From positions 132,135-196,134 of the forward strand of contig CAJTUA010000005.1 of NCBI GenBank assembly GCA_910579615.1: a DNA stretch of 64,000 bases, read 5' to 3'. A program made the translations under genes and the position numbers. Of the stretch, positions 53,665 to 62,473 are shown in pieces. The notes beneath the pieces are model-generated. The model was not told the origin of the DNA and searched no databases. It saw only the letters and a list, made by a program, of their open reading frames with translations. Numbering within the stretch: the first letter of the stretch is position 1; every line of letters starts with the position of its first letter. The DNA comes from an uncultured Lachnospiraceae bacterium. GTDB lineage: Bacteria; Bacillota; Clostridia; Lachnospirales; Lachnospiraceae.

Positions 53665-53925
53665 TTGGTACGAAGTGCGCAGGAAGTAGTCTCAGAACTG
53701 CCGGGAAGGGGATGGGAGGCAGCGGAAGGGAGCGAGAAAGAGATTTTGTTGGATGAGGAGACAAGGATTATTTGCCTGGATTTAAAAGATGGACACGAAG
53801 AAGGATATTGTGAAACGTCACTTAAAAATTTCCACAGTATTTTGAAGGAAGAGGGGAGTAATGTTTATTTTGTTGGTTGGAAAGATGGGAAAGTGAAATG
53901 TATGATAAATATATTTATTTCTTGA
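53665..53925 (+). CDS. Hypothetical acidic ORF in the +1 frame (separate small gene, or the frameshifted continuation of the previous ORF)
   Basis: The frame-1 ORF (track 53467..53925) becomes protein-like only after ~53630. TTG at 53665 with a weak AAAGAG upstream. Confidence 0.3.
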   Translation: MVRSAQEVVSELPGRGWEAAEGSEKEILLDEETRIICLDLKDGHEEGYCETSLKNFHSILKEEGSNVYFVGWKDGKVKCMINIFIS

Positions 53926-54022
53926 TATCATAATTTTTTAGTTTGGTTATTTGAATGGTTGATGGAACAGGGATTCATTTCATAACAGGATTCTGTATTC
54001 GATAACAGAGGGAAATTAGTAA

Positions 54023-54706
54023 ATGCAAACCAAAAAAATCATTCTCCAATGTACAAATCTCTGCAAAAGCTACGAAGACGGAGAGAATCAGCGGGAGATA
54101 TTAAAAAATGTAAATCTGGAAATTTCCGCAGGAAGCATCTGCCAAATCTGCGGAAAAAGCGGGAGCGGAAAGACAACGCTGTTAAATCTCTTAGCGGGCT
54201 TGGACTGTGCCACGTTAGGAACTATCCGTTTTTCCGGGAAAACTTATGGAACGATGTCCGAAGAAGAACACGCGAAGCTGCGCGGCGAATCTTTTGGATT
54301 TGTTTTCCAGTCGTTTCATCTGCTAAGAAATGTTTCTGTCGAGGAAAATATCAAAGCTCCGGCATATGTAAACGGCAGAAAAGTTGATTCTGAGTATATG
54401 GGTTATCTTGTGGAAATGCTCGGATTAAAAGATTTACGAAAGCAGATGGTCTGCAAGCTGTCCGGCGGGGAACAACAAAGAACTGCGATTGCGCGGGCAA
54501 TGCTTTTAAAGCCACAGATTGTTTTTGCGGATGAGCCGACGGGAAACCTGGATTCTGCCAATACAGAATTGATTGTGGAATTGTTTCGGAAAATTAACAA
54601 GGAACAGGGAACGACATTTGTTGTCGTGACACACGAGGAAGATTTGTTAAAACCATGTGCAAAACAGATATGGATAAAGGATGGCGAGGTGCAGCTTGAA
54701 GAATAA
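54023..54706 (+). CDS. ABC transporter ATP-binding protein (MacB/LolD/FtsE-like)
   Basis: Walker A GKSGSGKTTLLN, signature LSGGEQQR and Walker B VFADEPTGNLD. Confidence 0.9.
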   Translation: MQTKKIILQCTNLCKSYEDGENQREILKNVNLEISAGSICQICGKSGSGKTTLLNLLAGLDCATLGTIRFSGKTYGTMSEEEHAKLRGESFGFVFQSFHLLRNVSVEENIKAPAYVNGRKVDSEYMGYLVEMLGLKDLRKQMVCKLSGGEQQRTAIARAMLLKPQIVFADEPTGNLDSANTELIVELFRKINKEQGTTFVVVTHEEDLLKPCAKQIWIKDGEVQLEE

Positions 54707-56840
54707 CAGAAAAAATTATAAAAAATTAGCTGAGTTTTTATTTTCGGACAGTAAAAAACTCGTACTGCTTGCAGGGGGAGTTTTGTTGGCAGCATTGAGT
54801 TTCTCACTTTTTTTCATTTCGGTAAACAGCACCATCGTTGCGTCAAGGAGGCAGACGGCGGTAGAGACACACGGAAGGTTTTTGGCGGTATTTACAGATA
54901 TTGATAAAGAAATAGCCGATGAAATTATGGAAAAAGAGCCGATGTTTGACTATCAGGTGTTTCAGGTGCAGGACGAGATGTATTATGGCAGCAGCCGTTT
55001 TTTTTCTGGTTGGGTAACTGAGGAAACAGGAAAAAACATGGGGATATTTTTAAAGGAGGGAGCCTGGCCGGAGAGGGAAAATGAGATTTTGCTGGAAAAA
55101 TATTTAGCATACCGTTTGGGGATTTCCGAATTTCCGCAAAATGCTATTTTTATGGTGGATGGCGAAGAAAGGGAATACCTTGTGTGCGGTACCATCCGGA
55201 ATTATTCTGGCAATCTTGTAACGTCGAATCGGGATTTGAATCTAAGAAAAGATTATCCTTCTGCAATCACGCCGGGTTACAGGGAAAATGCAGAGGTTTC
55301 CCTCCTTATTTTACAGAAACGGCTGAATTTGGGAACATCAACAGAAGATATGTACGATGTCATGGATTTGCGCAATGAATATGGGATTAGCCCATACTTT
55401 TCTGCTTTAAATAAATATATGGATGAAACCTATCAAAATACCATAGATTTCGAAAGGTTTGGTCTGGTTTATATGATGGCAGTGCTTCTTGTGCTTCTGC
55501 TTGTTGAGGCTGTGATTTTTCGGGCGGTTGTCCTGAAAAATAAGTGTTCGGAACGCAGTCTTAGGGAGCTGGGGCTGACGAAGAAGGAGGTCATGCTGGC
55601 GTATGGCCTGCGGTTTGGAAAGGTTTTTTTGGAAACAATAGGATTCCAGGTAGTTATAGGTGTTCTTTGGGCAAAAATAGGGGGATATCTTACGGGGTAT
55701 GGAAAACTTTTGGAAAAGCATGTCTGGTACACGTTGCTGAAAGAATTTGCAGTCCTGGTTCTGCTTTTACTGATTCTTGCCGTTATGGCATGGGACCGTA
55801 AAACGTGGGAAAAAACGGCTGACGTAAAACAGAAAAAAAATTCCCGGTATTTATTTCGCAAATTGAATGAAATGCAGGAAGCTTACGGTCTTTCAGTATT
55901 TGATATCGGCGGAGGGGAGCGGTGGGAAGAATGGGAGGATATATTGGAGGGGGAGGAAGCAAGACGCTATGAGCCGCTGCCGTGGGATACTTTCGAAGTG
56001 CTGATTTTGCCGGAACAACAATACCAGCTGTTTTTAAATGAGAATGGTATCCCATGGGAGGACTCGCCTTCCGCGATGCCGGAATGTATTATGGTATTGC
56101 CCATGTTTGCTGAGGACGAGGAAATCGTTGGCGTAAGTGATGGTTCTGCCATCACCGTCGGCAGGGTTTTTTTGCAGGATGGAAAACTGTTATTTGAGAA
56201 GGAAGAATATTGCGCATGGAAGGTATTGAAAAATGCAAAAGGCATGGAAGAATCTTTTTCGGCAAGATGTCTGTGCGGGTTGGTATTTTCCGCAGCGCAG
56301 GCAGAGAAAAGTAAGCTGATTTCCGGATACAGCCATCTTTATTTCCGGCTGCGGGGGGATGCGACAAAGCAACAGCAGGAAGAAATCGACAATGCGATTG
56401 CCATGCTTGCCGCGTCCGCGCAGGGGGGAGGTTCGTTTTCGACGATTGAGGAACAAAAGGACGATGCACTTTTTGAAAGTTATGCAGCGTTTATGGGCAC
56501 TACCATGTTTGTTTTTGCATTGTTTGCTATGGGTGCATTTGTTTTTATGCATTACTATGTCAGCTGGGAGAAAAACAAATATGTATATGGGGTGTTCCGC
56601 AGTATGGGGATGCCGTACCGCACGCTCTGCGGCAAGCTTTTTGTGCAGTATGTAACGGGAATTGTTTTCGCGTGGTTTTTTGCGTGCTATATTGTGGAGA
56701 ATGTTTTCGGATATCGATTTACGGCGGGGCAGGTTGCCTTGTGCACGGGATTTTTGCTGCTTTTCATTGAAAGCTGTTATGCGGTGCTGTATGGCGTGTA
56801 TAAAAAGACTGCCATATGTAAAATGCTGCAGGAAGAATGA
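54681..56840 (+). CDS. FtsX/MacB-type ABC permease with two large soluble domains, 719 aa
   Basis: By eye: TM1, ~220-aa domain, three TMs, a ~230-aa acidic domain, then three C-terminal TMs. The start is either ATG 54681 or TTG 54696 (after GAGGTG). Confidence 0.8.
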   Translation: MARCSLKNNRKNYKKLAEFLFSDSKKLVLLAGGVLLAALSFSLFFISVNSTIVASRRQTAVETHGRFLAVFTDIDKEIADEIMEKEPMFDYQVFQVQDEMYYGSSRFFSGWVTEETGKNMGIFLKEGAWPERENEILLEKYLAYRLGISEFPQNAIFMVDGEEREYLVCGTIRNYSGNLVTSNRDLNLRKDYPSAITPGYRENAEVSLLILQKRLNLGTSTEDMYDVMDLRNEYGISPYFSALNKYMDETYQNTIDFERFGLVYMMAVLLVLLLVEAVIFRAVVLKNKCSERSLRELGLTKKEVMLAYGLRFGKVFLETIGFQVVIGVLWAKIGGYLTGYGKLLEKHVWYTLLKEFAVLVLLLLILAVMAWDRKTWEKTADVKQKKNSRYLFRKLNEMQEAYGLSVFDIGGGERWEEWEDILEGEEARRYEPLPWDTFEVLILPEQQYQLFLNENGIPWEDSPSAMPECIMVLPMFAEDEEIVGVSDGSAITVGRVFLQDGKLLFEKEEYCAWKVLKNAKGMEESFSARCLCGLVFSAAQAEKSKLISGYSHLYFRLRGDATKQQQEEIDNAIAMLAASAQGGGSFSTIEEQKDDALFESYAAFMGTTMFVFALFAMGAFVFMHYYVSWEKNKYVYGVFRSMGMPYRTLCGKLFVQYVTGIVFAWFFACYIVENVFGYRFTAGQVALCTGFLLLFIESCYAVLYGVYKKTAICKMLQEE

Positions 56841-56983
56841 TTGGGCTGCCGCGGGATGGGGCGGCTGTTCCTGACCTGAAATGTCGGCATAAAATGTGAT
56901 AAGGTCATTGACAACGATACTTTTTTGATATAAAATATCCTTAGTAGCTTTCAACATGCATTTTACTTTGAGGAGGGGAAAGA

Positions 56984-57661
56984 ATGAGAAAAAAATTATA
57001 TGGGATTGCCGCATTGCTATCCATCTTTTGCATTGCAATTTTATTTTTTGCAATATTATCCGTTGGCAGGAGGCAAGCTGCCCCTTCCTATGAAGGGGAA
57101 TGGCTTACAGCAGAAGGAAACTATACATACCCGATGACACCGTACAAGGAAGAATGGGCGCAGCTGGATATTCTGGAAAGGCGGGAGAGCTGCAATATGC
57201 CGCAGGAACTGGTGGATATGCTTACAACCGAGGAACTTGTGAATGCTGCTTTGGATTATCCGCTAAAGATGGATTATATAGGATTTTCCAGTCCGGAAAA
57301 AGGTCTGGAGCATTTGAAAGGAAGTTCGAATGTTTACCGGGAGCTATTTAAAAGAGAAGATATCATAGAGAATTTATTGAAGGCTTATCGGGATTTGCAA
57401 GTTGATTATGATTTGCTTGTTTCTGAAACGGTTTCAAATCCGTGGGAGAAAAGTGGCTATGCCAAAGAATTAATATTGCAATTGTTGATTGGGTGCGATG
57501 AAATATTTGACCAACTGACAGAGGCACAGATGGAAGAGCTTCTTACAGTCGTGGATGAGCGATATGCTGCAAAACAGGGAACGGGCGATGATTTTACAAT
57601 GGCATGGAGCCGAAACAATCCGTTTTTACTTGGCAGGGAGGGAATTTTGGATTTGGAATGA
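56984..57661 (+). CDS. Hypothetical N-terminally anchored protein, 225 aa
   Basis: GAGGAGGGG RBS, one N-terminal TM (IAALLSIFCIAILFFAILSV) and a helical acidic remainder. No family recognised. Confidence 0.6.
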   Translation: MRKKLYGIAALLSIFCIAILFFAILSVGRRQAAPSYEGEWLTAEGNYTYPMTPYKEEWAQLDILERRESCNMPQELVDMLTTEELVNAALDYPLKMDYIGFSSPEKGLEHLKGSSNVYRELFKREDIIENLLKAYRDLQVDYDLLVSETVSNPWEKSGYAKELILQLLIGCDEIFDQLTEAQMEELLTVVDERYAAKQGTGDDFTMAWSRNNPFLLGREGILDLE

Positions 57662-57740
57662 TTGCGGGTTGCTTTTATCTGGCCTGGATTTTCTCTTTTT
57701 GTGCGTCTTGTCAGGATTCTATATTTGAGAGGGAGGTATT

Positions 57741-58631
57741 ATGGGTAAAAAAAGATTGACACGGATACTGGTTCTCCTTTTTTGTCTTGTGCTTTGCATC
57801 GGAAGCATCCTTGCGCGAAACATTCGTCCCTTTGCGCAGGAACAGGCAGAACCAATGCAGGCAGACCTAGAATGGCTTGAGGAAATCAGGAAAATCATGT
57901 CGGAGGGTACTTCCCCGTACATGGCCATCCCATGGTCAGAACAAAAACCCTGTGAACAATACCCATATGCCGACTGGGATGGCGGCACTTATGTTTCTTC
58001 CGGCCAAAAAATTGGGGAAGAAAAGACAGGCGAATATCTTGGCAGTGCCATTGCCTATGGACGGGAGTCCCTGGATGCTTTGAGCCAAACAAAAAATATC
58101 CGGTATATCCGGCATGAGAAAAAGGCGGAATTATACCGCATCCATGAAATATCGGAACGTTTTGCGGTGGCGGTTCGCCTGGAGGGTGAGCAGAAATATT
58201 ATGTATATGCGAGGGAGGATTATGTACCGGAAACACTGGGAGATTTTGTGGAAGATTCCAATTTAAAAGAATATCTGGAAATCTCTGTGGAGTTTGAATG
58301 TGGAAACAATCCGGAGGAAACATACCGGGGGGATATCGCGGATGCTTTGTGGGATATCCTCCTGTCGCAAAAAGAGGTAAAAAGCCAGAAAAAACCGCAC
58401 CATAGCGTTTTTGTCTCCGATGAGGAGGTGGGTGATATTGTATTTTCGGCCGCGATTCTCTATGAACTGACGAGATGGGGGCATATCACGTTTTATGTGT
58501 CGGAGCATGGGTACATTGGAATCAACGGACCGCTTTTGAATCCGGAATATATTTTCCCGGTGGGGGAGAATGCGGCGGAAGAATTTTTGGAATACATTTA
58601 TGCAAATTGTAAGAAGATAGAGGAGAAATAA
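57741..58631 (+). CDS. Hypothetical secreted/anchored protein, 296 aa
   Basis: GGGAGG RBS and a signal/anchor (ILVLLFCLVLCIGSILA). No family recognised. Confidence 0.6.
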   Translation: MGKKRLTRILVLLFCLVLCIGSILARNIRPFAQEQAEPMQADLEWLEEIRKIMSEGTSPYMAIPWSEQKPCEQYPYADWDGGTYVSSGQKIGEEKTGEYLGSAIAYGRESLDALSQTKNIRYIRHEKKAELYRIHEISERFAVAVRLEGEQKYYVYAREDYVPETLGDFVEDSNLKEYLEISVEFECGNNPEETYRGDIADALWDILLSQKEVKSQKKPHHSVFVSDEEVGDIVFSAAILYELTRWGHITFYVSEHGYIGINGPLLNPEYIFPVGENAAEEFLEYIYANCKKIEEK

Positions 58632-58634
58632 AAA

Positions 58635-58686
58635 AATGAGGTACTCTGTAAAGCAAAAGCTTTCATGGAGCACCTCATTCTTTTTT
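58635..58686. terminator. Bidirectional terminator at the right edge of the island
   Basis: AATGAGGTACTC...GAGCACCTCATT (11 of 12 bp) + CTTTTTT, between convergent genes. Confidence 0.7.
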
Positions 58687-58698
58687 ACAAATCCCTGC

Positions 58699-61600
58699 CT
58701 ATTCCGCTACAAACTGAAACCATTTAAAATCAAACTCGCATCCCGGCAGGAATACAAACGTCACTTTATTGCACCCCTTCACACTATCAAGTGCAAATTC
58801 CTGCACCGTGTAGTCATCTGAATGCACAAACTCCGCAATTTGCTTGATTTCCGTGCCGTTTTCGTCCAGGAAGCGAACATGGATGGTATTTTTCTCAAGC
58901 GGCGTGCGCCCGCAGACCAAAAGCCTTGCAAAGCCCTTTTCGCCGAAATCCATCGCGTCATACTCCAACGAGACATTGTTCCCGATGCCGACAATCGCGT
59001 CCTCCTGCACCGTGAAGGTATCCCCGTAAATGCGGCTGTTTTCCAGTGCAGTAAGCTTTGCCCACGCTTTCCTTGGCGGGGCAAAGGCAAAGCCCTTGAC
59101 ATGGATTTTATTGTGCGCGGTAAAACAAAGTGTTGTAAGCCCCCGGACGCGGCGGTTTAAGTGGAAGGTCTCCTCCTGGTATACATTCCAGATGGAAGGT
59201 TTTTGGTAAACCACATCCGCAAGCAGTTCGCAATGCTCCGAATCCGGAACGCCCTCCCAAATCTGAATCGGGTACGGTGCGCCGTCCAGGGCAAAAATCG
59301 GGATGGTCACTTCATCCGAGCCGAAATCGCCGAAATCCACGTTCGTAAAGCCGAAGGTTGTCTTAGCATCGCGCAGCGTCGCAACCCCGCGCTCGTTGCC
59401 GTTGGTGAGTGTGCCGATGGCAACATCGTAAAGCCCGGCGGAAACGAACTGGTATGGGTTGAGTGTAGCACTCCCAAGCCCGTCTGCCGTAAAGACAAGC
59501 TGGGAGATGATGCGCACTTTGTCCGTGTTGTTTTTTGTCATGCAGCGGACGCAGAATTCGCCGTCACCCTGGGCTGTAATGACGGCCTGGTTGCCGGAAA
59601 CCGAAAGGGTTGCAAGGTTGGAATCGATGCCGATGTCAGTCGTTACCTTCCAGATAAGCTCAGCAGGGGAGGCATTTTCCGGCAAAGGCTTTGCCGTGAC
59701 GGTGATTTGCTTTTTCTCCGGGGAGAAGGAAAGACCTTTGTCGGTGGTAAGCTCCAGTTTGCGGATTGGGATGGAAGCGTCCGCAGAGGATGGTGGCGTT
59801 ACAATGTTGCACGGGCAGGGAGAACCTGCAGAAAGGTCTTTTGCAGGCACGAACGCCGCCCCGTTTTTTGTCACGGTAAGCATTGTGGCATTTTCCGGCA
59901 CGCGGATTCCGCAGGCTTTTTCTAAAGCAGCTTCCTGCGCAGTCAGCGCGTTTGCCCGCAGCGTAATTTGTGCATCCGGCAAGCCTGCTGCGCTCACCCT
60001 TACGAAAATATCCCCCTCTGTGAGCCCCGCGCCGATTACCGCCAGAAGTTTTCCGGAAAACAGGCGGCGGCTCGTGCATTTGTACTGTTCAAAATCCGTG
60101 CTGTCGCCATTGTCAAGCCCCAAAAGACGCCCGGCACCGGATACGGAAACCTCCACGCGCGTGTTCGCGTTCTCAACCGGGTGCCCGTCCTTATCCACCG
60201 CGTGGATGGCAAGGAAAATCAAATCCCTGCCGTCGGCGCGCAGCGTGCCGCGGTCAGGGGAAAGCACCAGGGCTACCGCCTCACCAAAGGAATCATGCCT
60301 GTCCTCGGCAATCACATTGCCCTTCTCATCGTATGCCACCGCGTGGATGCTTCCCTTTTCATATGGAATCTGCCAGTGGGCGAGCAGGTCATCATGCCCG
60401 TTTACATGGTCAAGGTCATGCGTGCCAAGCGATTTCCCGTTGACAAAAAGTTCTACCTTCGGCGCGTTGGAACAAATCAGCACATCGATTGGCTGCCCCT
60501 CGTTGAAATCCCAGTACGGGAACAAATGCACCATCGGCGCTTTCTTATAATCCGTCCACTCCGCCTGGAAAATGTAGAAGGAGTCCTTCGGGAAGCCCGC
60601 AGTGTCAATCTGTCCGAAATAGGAATTTTTCGTGTGGTACGGGGTCGGCTCGCCAATGTAGTCAAAGCCCGTCCAGATAAACTGTCCGGCGCTGTAAGGC
60701 GTATCGCGGTCGTCGGTGATGCAGGCGAGGGTGTTTTTTGCACCCCAGCTTGTGGAGCTGTTGCCAAGCGCAGAGCACTGCTCATCGTCATCCGCAAGGA
60801 TGGATTTTGCATACGGGAAATGGTAAATGCCGCGGCTCTGCACGACGGAAGCCGTCTCGCTGCCGTAAATCACCCAGTCCGGATGCTTTTTATGGTGCTC
60901 GTCATAGTAGCGCTCAGAATAATTGTAGCCAGCATATTTGACGATATCCGCGCAGTTCTGTGCGCCCTCCCATGGCATAAAATTGGAGCCGATGGTGATT
61001 GGCGCATTGCCCTTCGGGTCATTTTCGCGGACATAATCGCAGAGGTAGCGCGTGATTTCCTCCCCGTGTGCGTCCGCGTGCGTGTCGTAGATTTCGTTGC
61101 CGATGCTCCACATAATGACGCTGACATGGTTGCGGTCGCGGCGAATCCAGGAGGCAACGTCGCGGCGGCTCCACTCTGCGAAAAAGCGGGCGTAATCGTA
61201 GGTTGTCTTCGGGCGCTCCCACATGTCAAATGCCTCGGAATCAATGAGGATTCCCATCTCGTCCGCAAGCTCCATCAGCTCGACGGCAGGCATATTGTGT
61301 GAGGTGCGGATGGCGTTGACCCCCATTTCTTTTAAAAGGGTAAGCTGGCGGCGCAGTGCGGTTTTGTTGACCGCGGAGCCCAAAGCGCCCAAATCGTGGT
61401 GCTCGCAGGCACCATTTAAGCGAAGCTTGCGCCCGTTGAGCAAAAAACCCTCCTCCGGCGTGAATTCCTTGGTACAAAAACCGATGCGGCAAATGGCGGT
61501 ATCGATGATGGTTCCATCCGCAATCAGCTCGCTTGTCAGGGTGTATAACGTCGGGGAATCAATATCCCAAAGGGAGGGGTTGATGACCTGGAGTTTTTGC

Positions 61601-62325
61601 GAATTGGCGAACACGCGGATATTTTTATTTTGGTACGGGCAGAAAGCATCCGCCGGGAAAAAGGCAGCATCCATCGCGCCGGAAAGCAGCGTGCCGTCCT
61701 CACCGGTAATCTGATGGCGGATGCTAAAAGCGGTGGAATCCATGCCCTCGGGCAACACAACCGCGGCATCAATTTCGGCGCTCCACTGGTCGTCGTTTTT
61801 GCGGATTGCTGTGTAAATACCGTCGGTATTAAAATGTGCATTGTTTTTTATATTCAGCCAGACATTGCGGTAAATCCCCGCGCCGGAATACCAGCGGGAA
61901 TTCGGGCTCTGGTGGATGACGCGCACGACAATCTCATTTTCCCCTTCGGCTATGTATGGCGTGATGTCAAGGGGAAAGCCGGAATAACCGTATTTCCAGG
62001 TAAATGCTTCTTTGCCGTTGATGTAGATGGTGGAGTTCATGTAGATGCCCTCGAAATCCAAAAGGGCGCATTCTGTCCCGCCGATGAAAACCGTCTCGGT
62101 ATCCCCAGCTTTGTCAGGGTGTCCTGACGCGGTTTCCCGTATGCAGAAAAAGCGTTTGCGGTACCATCCCTCGGCGGTTTCATAGAGGTCATGGGAATTA
62201 AAAATCAGCCAGTCATGCGGCAGCTCAACCGGTGAAAAATCATTATCTTTTAACACGGCGGCAAGGGAAATGCCAAGTGGTTTTTTGCAGAATTCCCAGC
62301 CAAAATTGAATAATTTGCGGTTCAT
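58699..62325 (-). CDS. Glycoside hydrolase family 2 with a long C-terminal Ig-like/carbohydrate-binding extension, 1208 aa
   Basis: FNFGWEF...LPHDW N-terminus, TIM barrel (NAIRTSHNMPAVELMELADEMGILIDSE, WSIGNEI), then ~550 aa of beta-rich domains. Confidence 0.9.
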   Translation of the reverse strand: MNRKLFNFGWEFCKKPLGISLAAVLKDNDFSPVELPHDWLIFNSHDLYETAEGWYRKRFFCIRETASGHPDKAGDTETVFIGGTECALLDFEGIYMNSTIYINGKEAFTWKYGYSGFPLDITPYIAEGENEIVVRVIHQSPNSRWYSGAGIYRNVWLNIKNNAHFNTDGIYTAIRKNDDQWSAEIDAAVVLPEGMDSTAFSIRHQITGEDGTLLSGAMDAAFFPADAFCPYQNKNIRVFANSQKLQVINPSLWDIDSPTLYTLTSELIADGTIIDTAICRIGFCTKEFTPEEGFLLNGRKLRLNGACEHHDLGALGSAVNKTALRRQLTLLKEMGVNAIRTSHNMPAVELMELADEMGILIDSEAFDMWERPKTTYDYARFFAEWSRRDVASWIRRDRNHVSVIMWSIGNEIYDTHADAHGEEITRYLCDYVRENDPKGNAPITIGSNFMPWEGAQNCADIVKYAGYNYSERYYDEHHKKHPDWVIYGSETASVVQSRGIYHFPYAKSILADDDEQCSALGNSSTSWGAKNTLACITDDRDTPYSAGQFIWTGFDYIGEPTPYHTKNSYFGQIDTAGFPKDSFYIFQAEWTDYKKAPMVHLFPYWDFNEGQPIDVLICSNAPKVELFVNGKSLGTHDLDHVNGHDDLLAHWQIPYEKGSIHAVAYDEKGNVIAEDRHDSFGEAVALVLSPDRGTLRADGRDLIFLAIHAVDKDGHPVENANTRVEVSVSGAGRLLGLDNGDSTDFEQYKCTSRRLFSGKLLAVIGAGLTEGDIFVRVSAAGLPDAQITLRANALTAQEAALEKACGIRVPENATMLTVTKNGAAFVPAKDLSAGSPCPCNIVTPPSSADASIPIRKLELTTDKGLSFSPEKKQITVTAKPLPENASPAELIWKVTTDIGIDSNLATLSVSGNQAVITAQGDGEFCVRCMTKNNTDKVRIISQLVFTADGLGSATLNPYQFVSAGLYDVAIGTLTNGNERGVATLRDAKTTFGFTNVDFGDFGSDEVTIPIFALDGAPYPIQIWEGVPDSEHCELLADVVYQKPSIWNVYQEETFHLNRRVRGLTTLCFTAHNKIHVKGFAFAPPRKAWAKLTALENSRIYGDTFTVQEDAIVGIGNNVSLEYDAMDFGEKGFARLLVCGRTPLEKNTIHVRFLDENGTEIKQIAEFVHSDDYTVQEFALDSVKGCNKVTFVFLPGCEFDFKWFQFVAE

Positions 62326-62473
62326 GGAATACCTTTTCCTTTCACTTTTTCTTTAGTATACCATAAAGGAAGGTGGAAAGAAAGAAATTTTACATGGATT
62401 TTACATAACCGGCATTTCAATTTTACATACTAATGGTAAAGTATGAATAGCACAGATAAGAAAGGGGAAGAAG

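Noticed and set aside
48300-58690. Search for mobility signatures (integrase, transposase, tRNA target, flanking direct repeats) around the low-G+C islands
   Set aside because: I recognised none in this island or around 29040-30600, so I do not call either region a mobile element.
59161-61714. Plus-strand ORFs of 254, 363, 444 and 163 aa, antisense to the 1208-aa GH2 gene
   Set aside because: The same shadow-ORF pattern with low-complexity, Arg-rich translations. The minus-strand GH2 frame explains the open frames.
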